A DNA stretch of 64,000 nt from contig NC_042998.1 of the NCBI RefSeq assembly GCF_006345805.1, positions 130,200,001 through 130,264,000 of the forward strand, given 5' to 3'. This DNA is from Octopus sinensis. Its lineage: Eukaryota. The translations under genes and the position numbers were made by a program. The notes below the pieces were generated by a model that was not told the DNA's origin, did not search any database, and saw only the letters and a list, made by a program, of their open reading frames with translations. Shown one piece after another: positions 40,021 to 54,720 of the stretch. Numbering within the stretch: position 1 is the first letter of the stretch; the number at the start of each line of letters is the position of its first letter.

Positions 40021-42220
40021 TGTTGAATTGAATATTGTAACGTTGTAGTATATGATTTTAGTCAAGTATAATATATCAATTTATAGCCTAGACACAGCAC
40101 CATAAATATTGATGAGATGCACATTTATTTAAATAAAATTAGTTTGGACTTCCATATCATTAATATTGTGCTGAAAAGCATAGTTTGATAATCCGTACAA
40201 TTAATAGATTAAGAATAATTCTGTTAGTGTTTCAAAAAAAGACAACCGGCAATATAAACCTCGATAAAATTTCATACTAGGAAATTTGGAAATTAAAGGA
40301 AAATCAGTATTAGAGTGTGACTGCTCTTCAGTTTGGTAAAAGTAACGATCATATTTCAGTTTTATCATTTACAGTTTCAGTCGTGTTGTTCATAACAATA
40401 ACTAGTTTCACTGCATACTGTCAATTTCTACGTGTACATACATCCGTCATAGTTTTACTCAGCAAAATATGCTTCACTGTTGGAATTTCATAATATAAAA
40501 ATCTGAATGATGCTGTCTTTAAAGACCGGATCCTATTTAACCTGCCTTCTGTCTTATGACAGTCTAATTAATCGATTTCATTTAGATTGTACCCTTTTTG
40601 TGTTTTTATAAGGGTTTAAATACTCGAAAATTATTTGTCTACTATACCCAAGGATATCTCTTAATTTTATTGTAAGTTTTCAACCTCACTGTGCTACGTA
40701 TGTGAGACGCTATCATATTAAACCAACTGTGTTCAACGTTTCCTGAGTTTTCCCTTGGCCACTTCTGAAGTACTCTGTATCGTTACCGACATAGGTTAGA
40801 TGAGGTACTTGTAATTTTTTTTTTTAGAATTTCAACCGAGAGCTAAATAGACTTAAATAAATATCATATATTTTCCTCGTCATCTAACCAAATCTGCTTT
40901 CCACCGATATCAGAATTCGAATGACAATATGCAAAATACCAAAGACAAAGAATTTTCCAATAAATTTTCTTCCGAATTTTGAGTAAATAGGTTTCCCAAT
41001 AAAGATTGATATTTTTTGTATACAGTTGACATTTTTTATAGTTTTCCAAATATTTATAGAAATTATAATCAAGACATACAACATAACATCTAAAACTGAG
41101 ATATGGTTTCTAGAGATAGGAAGCAAAAATGATGTTTTCTTACATGGTATAAAGCACAGAATTTCAGGATAGTATTTGACCGATTAAAAGAGCACCAATA
41201 TTTTATTGGTGATATTTCTATTCCAGCAACATGTTATCACCTTTTTTTCATAGCACTCATCAACAACGTATCTAAGGAATATTCACCAATCTAAGAAAAC
41301 ACAACCATAGCAATTAGCCTTTGATAGATGACAGTAATGGCTGGCATACTAACATATTTAATGCTTACATAGTAAAGATTATTAAAAAATAAGCTATTAT
41401 TTCTGTTTCTATTCGAATTAAAATAATGAAATTTCGAAGACAATATCAACTTTCTATTTGGTAATACAAGATACACATATAATATGTATGATAATGAAGG
41501 AGAATTTCTGGAGCATGCATCTATTTCTGTCACAAGACTTTCTAAATAAATTATTCAAATTTTTAATTGTCAGTATTTTATGTTAACTTTTATTTTCATA
41601 TTTTTATACTCTCATGATTTTCTTTATCAATTTTTTTTTCAGAAATGTAGGGTTTAACTAGATTCTTCCCGTTATATTTTTATTTCTCTTGACGCGCAAT
41701 GTGCGAATGCCATATCTGAACACACAGTTCATTTTACGTCTCACTTGTCTACAGGCACTTTTTATACATATTTCATTTAACCTAACACCTTCGCGGGTTT
41801 AATGAATAACACTGTAAAGAATAGTGTCGATATCATCATTTACACCAGCTGTCACCGTTTAAGATGAAAGTCTCAATACTTAGTGAATGATACGTTTTAA
41901 TCCATCGTATTAAAATGTATCTAAATGTACAAAAACCTGTAAAACTTCCTTATATCACTATTTACCAACACAGTAGTACTACTATTACTAATACAAGATC
42001 TGAAAATATCGTATTGTCTAGTTTCAACTGCAAGGAACATACAAAACGATACGTGGTGTCAAAAACTATCATCAATTGCTAAATTTTACCATATTTCTGT
42101 GTCTGCATATGAATAGATATTCGAGCACACGTCCACGATGATCCTTATATGATATTTATATGTGTGTTTATGTGTCTGTATGTAGTTTTCTGATAAATAT
42201 CTAGAAAGCTCAAATCTCTC

Positions 42221-42280
<60 letters not shown>

Positions 42281-42356
42281 ATATGGATAAACTCATAAAT
42301 ACATACATGTCCACATATATATGCATATGTGTGTACACACACATATATATGTAGTG

Positions 42357-42397
<41 letters not shown>

Positions 42398-43423
42398 AAG
42401 TGTGTGTGTGTGTGTGTATACATAGAGTATACATTTCACCATCAATATGATTGTGAGGCAGGGAGAATTTCTGTTTCCTGTACTCCTGATAAAAATTGTG
42501 TGAAGTAGCCACAAATAAGTGCTTTTATGGATAACCCAACTAAGGCGACAGCTTCAGTCGCTGGTGGCATTTGGGTTTACTAGAACTTCGGAAATTAATC
42601 AGGAATTTGCTGTAGACAATCATCTAGAAATATAAATTGTTTAACTGAAAGCTATTCAACAGAATAACGATAAATATTCGGAGAAAGTGATGGATATATT
42701 CCACTTCCTCATATCCAGAACATCATTCCCATTAGTGAGAAAAATACGAGGTAACAATTTGGAGAAGCTCTTTGTTTGGATATACCACTAGTATTTCTGT
42801 AGTCAATGTTCCACCATTTTTCACTTGGGAGTACAGATCTGTACATGAATGCATACTCTCTAACAACATAGTTTTGTTGAAGATGAATAGTTGCTCATAC
42901 ATGTAAGATGATATCTCCTTGTTGCTGATGTGGTAAAGAAAGGCAAGTCTTAATATTGCTTGGTATCAGTGTCACCACTGGTGTCGCTACTGGAATTCTA
43001 ACATTTGCAAAATATTTGCATGGTATTTCACCAATGCTGTTCATAGTCTAAGAATTGGATATATCAAGGAGAGAGGATGAAAATCAAACTTTATCTCGGG
43101 GCGAAGACATTAAACATATTTTGGAACACTTTACATTCGCCTGAGAATCGTTCGATGAAGGAAGTAGGTTAAGATGATAATGCATATTAGCAACACAGGA
43201 GACAACTTAAAGTAAGTTATTGTGGATCTTGTTATAGAGAATGTGACCAGATAGTTTGTAATAGCTACTGAGTACATTGCATGTTCTGCTGAGACACTAA
43301 ACATTGAGAGTGACGTGATACTACTGAATGTAACTGAGGCGAATGTGATGAATCTTAGGAGCATGTTCTGGAAACATGTAAGAAACCTGTTACAGAATAT
43401 GTTTGATAATATAGAGAATCTTT

Positions 43424-43858
43424 AAGGCAGCGAGCTGGCAGAAACGTTAACACACTGGGCGAAATGAGTAGCCGTATTTCGTCTGCCGTTACGTTCTGAG
43501 TTCAAATTCCGCCGAGGTCGACTTTGCCTTTCATCCTTTCGAGGTCGATTAAATAAGTACCAGTTACGTACAGGGGTCGACTTAATCGACTTAATCCGTT
43601 TGTCTGTCCTTGTTTTTCCCCTCTGTGTGTAGCCCGTTGTGGGCAGTAAAGAAATAAGAGACGTTAGCATTCCCGGCGAAATGCTTAGCGGATTTCGTCT
43701 GTCATACGTTCTGAGTTCAAATTCCGCCGAAGACGACTTTGCCTTTCATCAGTCTGGGATCGATAAATCAAGTACCAGTTGCATACTGGGGTCGATCTAA
43801 TTGATTGCCCCGCACCCCTAAAATTTCGGACCTTGTGCCGAGAGTAGAAAATAATATT
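43424..43858 (+). mobile_element. Two tandem SINE copies sharing head and core but with different tails
   Basis: Both units contain GTTCTGAGTTCAAATTCCGCCGA.G.CGACTTTGCCTTTCATC and AAGTACCAGTT; junction at about 43660. Confidence 0.85.
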
Positions 43859-44414
43859 CAGTAACTTAGCTGAAGAAATAAATCGACACGGTGAAAAAGT
43901 ATGTCCAGACTTTCCTAACTTGTAGACAGTGGAAGGCATAGGCGATATAAGAAACACACACTCTTATTCGTCAGTTAGGTAGCAATGACAAAGATACGTC
44001 TTGATCTTTTTGTAAAAATGTTCTTTGACGTAAATACACTTTTGGGTTAATACATTTAGAAAATAATATGGCGTCGACGGATTGACTTTGTCAGCGTACG
44101 GTATATTCAGAAGAGGTGGAAGCTCATGGATAGTCGCAAGAACTACTATGCTCTACTTGTCTGGAAATGGAGCAGAGCAGCGATTTATTATATATACCTG
44201 AAAGACGGAAGCAGACATAAATAAAATTAGTAGTTGCTGCATTCTGATAGATGGTTATATATTTTGCTAGCTTCACGGAGGGCAAAAGCGGGAAACGGTA
44301 GGAGCGAAAGTAACATAATGGACATTGCCTAGTAACATAGCATCATTACCTTCATTAAAGAACAAAATTACTGTCACCTCATGTAGACTACAAAAGAGCT
44401 GCGCCTGATGTGCG

Positions 44415-44477
<63 letters not shown>

Positions 44478-44488
44478 TAAATAGAGAG

Positions 44489-44565
<77 letters not shown>

Positions 44566-46218
44566 GTGTGTGTATGATATTAACATACGTATACCTATGT
44601 AAGTACACTAGTGTGCGTCACTCCTGTAGATTAGATATCCGGTTACTTACTTCCTTTCATAATATAAAAGAAATTATGAATTAATTTCCATTCACAAAGT
44701 CATTAAGTAATATCACTCTCCTTTTTCAGTCTTCATATATTTCTGTACACACGCACACACACACACACGCACACACACACACGCTGATATATATGTTGTG
44801 TGTATATGCGTGAGTGTGTATTCGAATATATGGAATATTTTAGCTATTAGCGACATCAGTTACAGTAAAAATAGTGAAAGCAGTAAAAAAGTATGCCCTT
44901 TACTTTGTAAGGAACATGCTGCGTCATGGAATGTAATAAATATTAGTTGCTATGTGTTTATTTTAAAGTCTTATAAAAAGTTTTCTACATTCGTATAGAA
45001 AGATGAGTGAAGGACAAATGCATTTGCAGAGCTCCATAAACATAAAAAAATAACATACATTCACACACGCGCACGCACATACAGACATACGCACACACAC
45101 CCATACACACAGCCACGCCCACTTTCTGTCTCTCTCTCTCTCTCTCTCACACAAAAACAAAGTCGCACACACACACACATGCATACACATAGACTGTCAG
45201 GCACACCTGCACACACACTTATACACACACATATACACACATATACATATACATAAATAGATTATACTCGAGATGAGACCTATATATGCTAAAGTTAGAT
45301 GAGGGTAAACGATATTATGAACTTCAGCGGCATGGGAATTTAAGTCTGCTGCAGAGGGAGTGGAAGAGAAAAGCTTTCGGACCCCGTAATATCGTCCACT
45401 AATCGTGAGCATTATTTCATTATGTTCATTCTCCGAACTTTTTGGGTTTTTTTCTGAACTGCTTGTGTTCAAATCTCCATTACTGAACTTACCATGTAAT
45501 TATCACTATAGGTAACAAAAACAAACCTCAAATCAAAATAGAACATGGGAGATACGCATTCCGGTGAGACCAAATTGGCGGTGTTCTTGTACATGTGGAG
45601 TCTATTCTGCTATGACAGCACCGTCACGCAGGGATTACTCAAAGTTTTCTACTGTCTCCAGAACGAAAGACCTCTTGTTATATCTTTACAGTTACAAGGT
45701 GTATGTGACGTAGAATGTAGACATTACGAGGTCGAATTATAAAGCAGTGGGGGAGAAAACAACGAAGAATGACTTGAAACCAATGACTTACACAAACACA
45801 ATTTATATTCAAAGCAAAGTAGCCCTAAAAAAAGCGCTACACAATATGTATTACTGAGTAATAAACTATTTATAATAAAATGGCTCCAAATAAAGAAAAA
45901 CAGACTCCATAAGTAGATACTATACAAAAAAAATATCAGAGAAACGGCATCATTCTTTCGCTTACATCATTAGAAAATAATGGTTGTAATGACGCCAAAA
46001 ATATCAAACATGATAATAATTGACAAATACTAATGTGAAATGCAAAGTTGCATGTTATATATAAAAATAGTAAGGAATACCAAAGATATGAATATATATG
46101 TTGGTGATACATTAAGAATTTCCAGAGAAACCACCAGCTGGTAGGATTTTGAAACAGGGAAAAAGTGTGAGATTTCATTACATATCATGTACACAATTAA
46201 CAAGAATATAGAACAGTA

Positions 46219-46219
<1 letters not shown>

Positions 46220-46294
<75 letters not shown>

Positions 46295-46557
46295 ACTACT
46301 ACTACTACTACTACCACTACTGGTGATGGTGATGATGGTGGTGGTGATGGCGGCGGTCGTGGTTGTGCTGCTTCACCTTGTTACTGGTGTAGCTTCAGCA
46401 CTTTATTCATCTTCCTGACTTGAATTATGCCCTTTCACAAGCACATATTCTTCTTCTTCTTCTTCTTCTTCTTCTTCTTCTTCTTCTTCTTCTTCTTCTT
46501 CTTCTTCTTCTTCTTCTTCTTCTTCTTCTTCTTCTTCTCTTCTTCTTCTTCTCCTTC
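46220..46557. repeat. Compound trinucleotide tract (TAC)n(TGC)n(TAC)n(GGT)n plus (TTC)n
   Basis: Direct reading. Confidence 0.95.
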
Positions 46558-48472
46558 TTTACCGCTATTGTTAATTTTCCGACAAAATCTTATTCCCATT
46601 AATAGACAGGTCGAAGACCGGTCGTTTAAACGTAAAAGTTAAATGTACTATTCGGAAATGTTCACATAAAACATGAATGAAAGGCATAACGACCAAGTTC
46701 CCTCTACTTTATCAAAACCGTTGTCAAAAACTACCGTTTTGACCTAACAATGTTTCAAAACCTGAAACGATATTTTCCGGAGCTACGTTATACATCCAGT
46801 CAGTTCGACAACAGTCACTCCAGATTGCTCTGTTACTTAAAGCCGATCTATTATATTCGATATCGATCCTAAATTGATCGATAAATCAGGCTAATTCGAA
46901 CCACATGAATTAAAGCGTATAAATCGCAACTAAAATTCGTACAAGCAATTATCATTAAACGCTGCACGCTTAGATATCTATCATAATTATCTTACGTTAT
47001 AAGCGAGAAGAAAAAAACCCCAGAAAACAGGAATATAATTGCCTGGAAATAAAATTAAAACATATATTTAAGCTCAAATTTTTCATTGAAATGGGTGACT
47101 TGTCTTGATAGTAGAGCGAGGAAAGAAGTTAGAAAAAGGTTTCTGCTGACGTCTGGGCGCCAAATTACCAAATCTAGAGTAATGATACAACTAGTGTATA
47201 GACTATTTAACAATCAGCAAGTTCAAATTATGTTCATGGACATCGTATGAACTTACAATTTCCTATTTGTATCCGCGTTCTTGCTATTCATGTCGTAGTA
47301 TGTAGTAACGTGTTGTGAAATGTATGAGACCCGTGTGAATTTTATTCTTTTACTTGTTTCAGCCATTTGATTGCGGCCATGCTAGGACACAGCCTTGAAG
47401 GGTTTTAGCCGAGCAAATCAACGCCAGGAATTATTTTTGAAGCCTAGTACTTACAATGTAGATATCTTTTGCCGAATCGCTAAGTTACGGAGACCCAAAC
47501 ACGCCAACACCACTTGTCAGGCAGTGATGGAGAGGCAAACACAAACACAGACACAAAGAAATACAGATACGCAGATACATATATACGGCGTATTTCTTTC
47601 AGTTCCCGTCTATCAAATCCACTCACAAGGATTTGGCCGGCACGAAGCTATAGATGAAGACACTTGTCCAAGGTGCTACACAATGTGGCTGGGAAGCAAG
47701 CTTATTGCCACGCACCCACGCCTGCGCTTGTGATAGTTAGTATAGTGAATATATTTTTGTACCATTAGTAAAAGTACAAATCTATTAATTTGTGGCGTAC
47801 TCTTTTATTCGTTTCAGCCACGCTGCTGTGGTCATGCTGGAGCACCACCATGGTTTTTCTGATATCCTCAGTCTGGGTGTTTCACATCCCCACTCCTGTA
47901 TATGCCTTTTACACAGCTGTTGGTACGGTTGATGTATAACTGAGTTTGATTCCGCCGCCCTCGTTTGTACCTCATGTCGGGCTGTTAGTTCATCCGGTAT
48001 TGTGGAGTGGAGGATGTCTAATTCCTTTGTGAAGACATCTACTTCCACCTTATGCAGAGTTCTTAACTTTTTGTGACAGAGTATTGAAAAGCCGTGGATC
48101 TTAGAACCCTTGTTAACGATGTCTCAACAAAGATTTTATGCAAAGCATAGTTTGAGACTTTCCACTATATTTGGAATATCGGAATAACAGCTTTATAAAT
48201 TGCCTTGGGCGGTTAGTGTATATGACAAAATTATTAAAAGACTCTGATATGGATTTTAAAGAATTAGCAGATGAGTAGATATTGACTAGATTAATCAATA
48301 ACTATGTTATGTAACTAGAAACGAACAATTTATAAACAGCCAAATGTTTTATTTATTACCGTGTGTGTATATCTGTCTAACTACCATCACCGGTCTGTTC
48401 CTGTATGCATGCAAACAAAATTACACTCACACACACACGCACAACACACGCACATATAAATATACATGAATA

Positions 48473-48550
<78 letters not shown>

Positions 48551-48554
<4 letters not shown>

Positions 48555-48976
48555 GTTGTCCGGAAAGTTCGTGCAGATATTTAAAGGAAAGAAAAAGGTC
48601 AATAAATACTTGCCATTACATTTTTAATCAACCAAATACCAACCATTTTGTTGCACAATGCGTCTCCATCTTTTCTTTAACTTGAAAATACCCTTTTCCC
48701 AGAATTGAGGTGGTTTCATGGCAAAGAATTCATCAATGTATATTTTTATGTCATCCAAGGAATTGAAATTTTTACCATTAAGACTATTCTGCACAGACCG
48801 GAATAAGTGGAAATCTGAAGGAGCAATATCTGGTGAATATGGAGAGTGAGGTAACACATCTCAGCCGAGCTGCAGCAATTTTTGTCTGCTTCCCAAAGCA
48901 TCAAATGCCGAAAATGAACTTTCTTAGATTCCGTTTTAAAGAGTTACAGAATTAACACAGGTTATAGGAACATAAA
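48551..48976 (-). mobile_element. Second copy of the deleted mariner, 5' end missing
   Basis: TIR TTGGGTTGTCCGGAAAGTT; PHSPYSPDIAPSDFHLFRS; same deletion junction TTGATGCTTTGGGAA as 21832-22387. Confidence 0.92.
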
Positions 48977-51016
48977 TGTGTATGCACAAATGCGTATGCA
49001 TTCACATACATACACATATGCTCATGCAGTGTTGGGGCCATCATAAGTGAAGTTCTTTGAGGACATACTCACACGTACCATACATGTACGCACATTGCCT
49101 AACTCTTATTTTCAGACAATGGCCGAATGTAAAATATAAATAAAAATCTAATTTACTATATGAAATATATTTATATCTAAACCATTTTGTGTTGATATAA
49201 AATTACTAATATGAAAATTTTCCCGATCTGTATTAAGTTTAACTTTCAGTAAGATAATATTTTGAGAAACAGCCCAGTTACTTCGTTACTCTCCTTCTTA
49301 GAGTGGAACGAAACTATGATTTCATGAAGTGAATAACAGTATAATTCAAACATTGATGTTTGAGACATGATTCCTAGTGATAAATTACACTGGCAAAGAA
49401 AACCTGGTTTCATAAATGTTAAATATTTTAGTGTATGTTTGAGGTGTTTATTCAATACATGCAAATGGTTTTTCTTACCAGCTCCAGTTACTGAAATATA
49501 TCATGCCGGTTTATATGCTTATGCACCTCTTAATTCCAATTAGGGATAGCAGCTGCATCTAAAATTTTGAAATCTTAGAATGTAGACCTAATCTGGCGTT
49601 GATTTCAGACATACAAACAGTTTTGCCGTTTATACATTAACTGGTAAACGATATGATATTTCAATACAAGTGTAACAACAATATTAATGTTAAAGTTATT
49701 TGTATGTTTGGCAGTTTGTTTCACTCAAATGCATATTAAAAATGAAGATATGCTATACAAAAATACAATAAAATAAATTGATGTAATAAATAGAAAGGTA
49801 TTCGACTTATCTGAGGTAACCAATGGATGGTGAATCTCATTCATCAACCCTTGGCAACCAGCTCCACTCAGAGACTATGAGATACTTTACACTAAATTGA
49901 GTGGCGCCTTGTATCCTCTAGCATTTATCTCACACTACCTAAACTCATCGTCATTTATACTAAAAATGTAGCGGTGGAAACTGAAAGGTTGATACTGAAA
50001 CGGACTGGTATCCATTTGAGTGAGAACTCCTGTAGTCTCAGTAGCTTAAAATTCACAGAAATCTATATAAAATGTGGAATAATTGAATTGTAGGATATGA
50101 ATATACCTCAGTTAATTAGTTTACATATAGAGTATTATATACAGGTTTATTTTTTTATTAGCTCATATCCTCAGCCATAAAATAAATAAAAGAATTCTGG
50201 TAACATCTCAATAATTTCATAAAATAGGATGCTTTTAACATTTCTGAATCAATTATTGTGGTTGTATATTGATTGAAAATAGTATTAAATAATTAAATTA
50301 GTATAATTTAAATGGGTTAAAGACCAAAGACAATAATCACTACAATTGCAAATATATACCTTGCAGAATAATTCTTATACCCAAGAGCTTAGTTATAGTG
50401 TAATATAACTATAACTTTTGAATTACGAGGCAGAGAGTTTGTGAAACGGAAATAATTACAGGATAACGGAATTCATCACCGAATGACTGGAGGAAGAGTT
50501 CCAGTACATTTGAAATGGTTTAACGTAGGAGAAAACGGGAATCAATGATATGTAAGAGTAAATCCAAATAAATGGATAACTATCCAGATTTCGAAAGTAT
50601 TATACAGGATAAATATATGACTAAATAAAATGTACGAGGGAATGTATAAAAATATATAATGAAAACAGGTAACGTAGATAGACTAAGAGAATATCAAGTA
50701 AAATAATTAAATAGGCTGGTGGATTTAATTATATTAAATGATGAAATATAAATTAATAGTATAGTGGACAGAAAAGTGGAAATATATATTCTTTTATTCT
50801 TTTATTTGTTTTAGTCAATTGACTGTGGTCATGCTGGAGCATCTCCTTTACTAGAACAAATCGACCCCAGTACTCATTCTTTATAAGACCAGTATTTATT
50901 CTATCGGTCTCTGTTAAGTTACGGAGTCATAAACACACCAACATCGGTTGTCAAGTGATAGTGGAGGGACAAACATATTAAACATGACTGTGAAGCATGA
51001 CTGTCACCACTACTAC

Positions 51017-51063
51017 ATGAACCTGAAGATTGCAGAATTTAATGCATGAAAGTACTAGTTCAT
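51017..51063 (+). ncRNA. Minimal type I hammerhead ribozyme
   Basis: ATGAAC-CTGAAGA-t-TGCA-gaatttaa-TGCA-t-GAAA-GTAC-TA-GTTCAT. Perfect 6-bp stem I; palindromic stem III AGTACT; CUA cleavage triplet. Confidence 0.8.
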
Positions 51064-51181
51064 TTAGAATGAACATTTAACATTCTATTATTTTATTTTA
51101 TTTTATTATATTATATTATATTATATCATTATAAAATTGTAAATAAAACGTGAAAATCAGACAAGGTTGTAATTCCTTTTA

Positions 51182-51232
<51 letters not shown>

Positions 51233-51267
51233 GCATGTATGTATATATAATATATATATATATATAT

Positions 51268-51323
<56 letters not shown>

Positions 51324-51483
51324 TATGTATGTATGTATGTATGTATGTATGTACATATGTATGTATAGTGTTGTCCCTTACAGGACATCCACATTATGTG
51401 GCAAATAGATTCTACTTTAAGAAACTGTTATTGGATATCTCCCTTTAAGAGATTTAGAAATAATAATAATAATGATAATAATA

Positions 51484-51518
<35 letters not shown>

Positions 51519-51622
51519 TAATATAATAATGATAATAATAAAATAATATAATAACAATGATAATAATAATGATATAATATACAACAACAACAATAATAAT
51601 AATAATAATAATAATAATATAC

Positions 51623-51664
<42 letters not shown>

Positions 51665-51665
51665 T

Positions 51666-52200
51666 ATGCCAACATTATGGAATAACAACAGAAAAAGATG
51701 GTATAGGCACACACCAGAAAAGGTCACAGAAAAAGAGAAAGCAACCATACTCTGGGATATGCCGATACACAGATAGAGAAATTAAGGCCAACAGACCAGA
51801 TATAGTTGTCAGAGATCATGAAGACAAAAATGCTTTCTAATTGATGTATCAATACCGGCAGATGACAACGTGTCTCTAAGAAATGGAGAAACTCTCAAAA
51901 TACAAAGACCTGGAAATAGAGGTAACTAGAATGTGGACCTGAAAACAGAAACAATTCCTATCATAGTAGGTGCATTAGGCATGATAAAAAAATATTCAGA
52001 CAAATACATAACAAAACACCAGGACTTACAAACACATATAACATACAGAAAATTGCACTACTAGGCACTGCACACATCCTACGCAGAACACTTCCATACA
52101 ATAACCATCAGAGCATCACAACAAATCACAGCACATACCCAAGGCACACAGAGCTGCGCTCGGTAGTGAAGTGAAAGCACGCTATAAAAATAAAACTACT
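51666..52200 (+). mobile_element. 5'-truncated Dong/R4-like retrotransposon inserted in (AAT)n
   Basis: ILWDMPI..DREIKANRPDIVV..CFLIDVSIP..KYKDL..IPIIVGALG..QKIALLGTAHILRRTLSIQ-stop; (AAT)n on both flanks (51460-51665 and 52201-52240). Confidence 0.92.
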
Positions 52201-52201
52201 G

Positions 52202-52239
<38 letters not shown>

Positions 52240-52546
52240 TATATATATATATATATATATCAATAATAACAAAGGGTAAAATCAATTAATTAATAATTAA
52301 TCAATAATTTCACCACGCAGAATTCGGCATGAAAAAAGAACCATTTCATGGTAAACATAAGTAATACTTAATAAATAGGGTTCAGCAAAGATTTGCTTTA
52401 CCACATACCGAAATTTAGAAATAGCAGCCAAAAAAGGTTAGCTATTTCTTCTACTTTAAAAAGGGACTCCCAGAAAAACCAAAATACCTGGAAACAATCA
52501 CACGGGCAGAGAGGAGAAGTAACGAAAATCAATCTATATCTGGTCA

Positions 52547-52630
52547 CCTATGGACGCGCGTTTCGGAATTAGGTTTGGAATGAAGAATATATAATTATAC
52601 TTTACCCACCGTTTTCCTCTTCAGTATAGG
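52547..52630 (-). ncRNA. Type I hammerhead ribozyme with large stem II insert, in a pLTR-like repeat (about 52261-52690)
   Basis: Minus strand: cctata-CTGAAGA-GGAA-(45 nt)-TTCC-GAAAC-gcgc-GTC-catagg. Perfect palindrome ACGCGCGT; canonical GUC site. Confidence 0.82.
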
Positions 52631-52689
52631 ACCCCAGGATTCGAAGGTACTGGAATACTTGAACATATCTCTCCTATTGTCGTTTTTTC

Positions 52690-52922
52690 TTACTCTGTTT
52701 CTTCTTGTCCAGCCGTCACTATGACTGACCGCTACCTACTAAAGCTTTCTTTTTTTATTCTCTCTCTGTTTATTTTCTCCTGTTCCTTTCTGTTGAGAGC
52801 ATGGGCTCGAAACGTAACAGACTTTCTCACCTTCCCCAGCGTTGATCTAATACACAACTATTACACCTGTTTGTTGTTTACACACCTGTCTTCGTTTTTT
52901 GTTTTTCGTAAATTCCAACTGT

Positions 52923-52925
<3 letters not shown>
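52690..52925 (+). mobile_element. Solo pLTR of the 19353 Penelope family with variant hammerhead (52786-52820)
   Basis: Collinear with 21440-21655; cttt-CTGTTGA-GAGC-atgg-GCTC-GAAAC-GTA-acag; ends at (TA)n. Confidence 0.8.
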
Positions 52926-52996
<71 letters not shown>

Positions 52997-54689
52997 TATA
53001 TATATATATCGTGCTATATTTATGTGGGTAGTGGGTATGTGCTGTTTAGCGCTTAGTATGTTGGTATCAAATTCCTCTTACAAATGCGCAGGTTCAGTTG
53101 AAGAATGGGTGGCGTTTTGTTTTCGCTCATGAGGAGAATATTTGCCATTGCCTCATTACTCATAATTAAAAATATATACCAGCCTATGTTTGGCGAAACC
53201 GTCTCACCTTCTAATTGTCGTATCCCCCGACATCTTCTTGAAGGATCAAGAGTGTGAAGGGATCAATAGTGGTTGTCTGAATGTTTGCAAAGCTGTATGA
53301 ACCGAAAACAAATTTACGCGCAAGCGTGAAAAGTGGCATGCATTACCCTAGAACACTAACTTGCAAATGTCAATTGAGATTCATTCATGCATACATACTC
53401 ACATACATACATACATATTCACATACGTACATTACACACACACACACACACACACACACATAATATATATATATATATAATATATATTATATATATATAT
53501 ATATATAATATATATATATACACACACATTATGTATATATATTCATCTAATGCGCATTATATATTGTATACATATTCTAATAAATTATATACTTTTTGCG
53601 ATACAACTTGAAGCATCTCCACATAAATATTGATATATACATATATAAGTCGAGATTGGACAACACTTAAACGAAATTATACGAGACCATTAGTTTAGGA
53701 TCTCAAAAATTAAATATAAAATAACTGATTGATCGATGAAAAGAAAATTCTCGTTAAAATGAAAGCAATCTCGGTTTCCTGCGGTATTTCAAAACAGTAA
53801 ATCAAAATTTATTACATATACAAAATACATAGAATGATTAACCCAAAGTTCACTAATTAGTAATACCTGCATTTATAACGGCACACACAAACATACAGTC
53901 ACACACACATACACACACACACACACCCGAGCGTACACATGTACACAAGCACAGAAACTCACACGCACAGTCCATTTTCAATCGTTAAAATATTTCCGCG
54001 AATACAACCTGTACACTGCATGATGTAAAACATGTACAAATGTGTTGTAGCATGCAGAGTGAATCAAAACGTGAGTCATGTTAAATTCCGACATCTTTAC
54101 TTTTAATGACTGAAATTTATTTATAAAAGTAAGCATTTAGAGGTATTGTGTAGAGATAATTATCATTCCATATACCTTCTGTTCAAACTAGAAATATTTT
54201 CCGGTGCCATATGATATAAATGAAATACTTATGGAAGGAGAAAATAAAAAATAAACTTAAAGAATACGGTGGTGTATCATATGGCTGCTATAATAAAAGA
54301 ATGTATGCTTTGGAAATTGAGAAACGAAAATCACTTCCAATGAATAGAAAGCAAGTCGGATTCGCAAGGATTGCACACCAGTCAAACTCAAATTTATTAC
54401 CGGTATAGAACTGTGTGAACGACTATGTCACAACTCTATCATCATCATTATAGCCAGAAGGTCGTGAACTCGGATGCACATTGCACGCCCATTAAAATGC
54501 TGGTGTTAAAATACCGATGTTTTGAGTAACTTCAATCACATGCATTAGTAGTGAATGAAGCTGTAGTTTCTATGTACTAGATAGTCGTAAATTTAGGACT
54601 CTGCGAAGATCTATCTACTTAATTATAGCTCATAAGGATTAATTGTTCACCTGCATACATACATACATGAATACATACATGCATACATA

Positions 54690-54699
<10 letters not shown>

Positions 54700-54720
<21 letters not shown>

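Noticed and set aside
45486-45530. Minus-strand pyrimidine tract-AG, 13 nt, GTAAGT (possible microexon)
   Set aside because: Such signals occur by chance in 64 kb; no supporting exons or transcript evidence.
50497-50620. Faint similarity to the 52547 hammerhead repeat
   Set aside because: Core too degraded to call.
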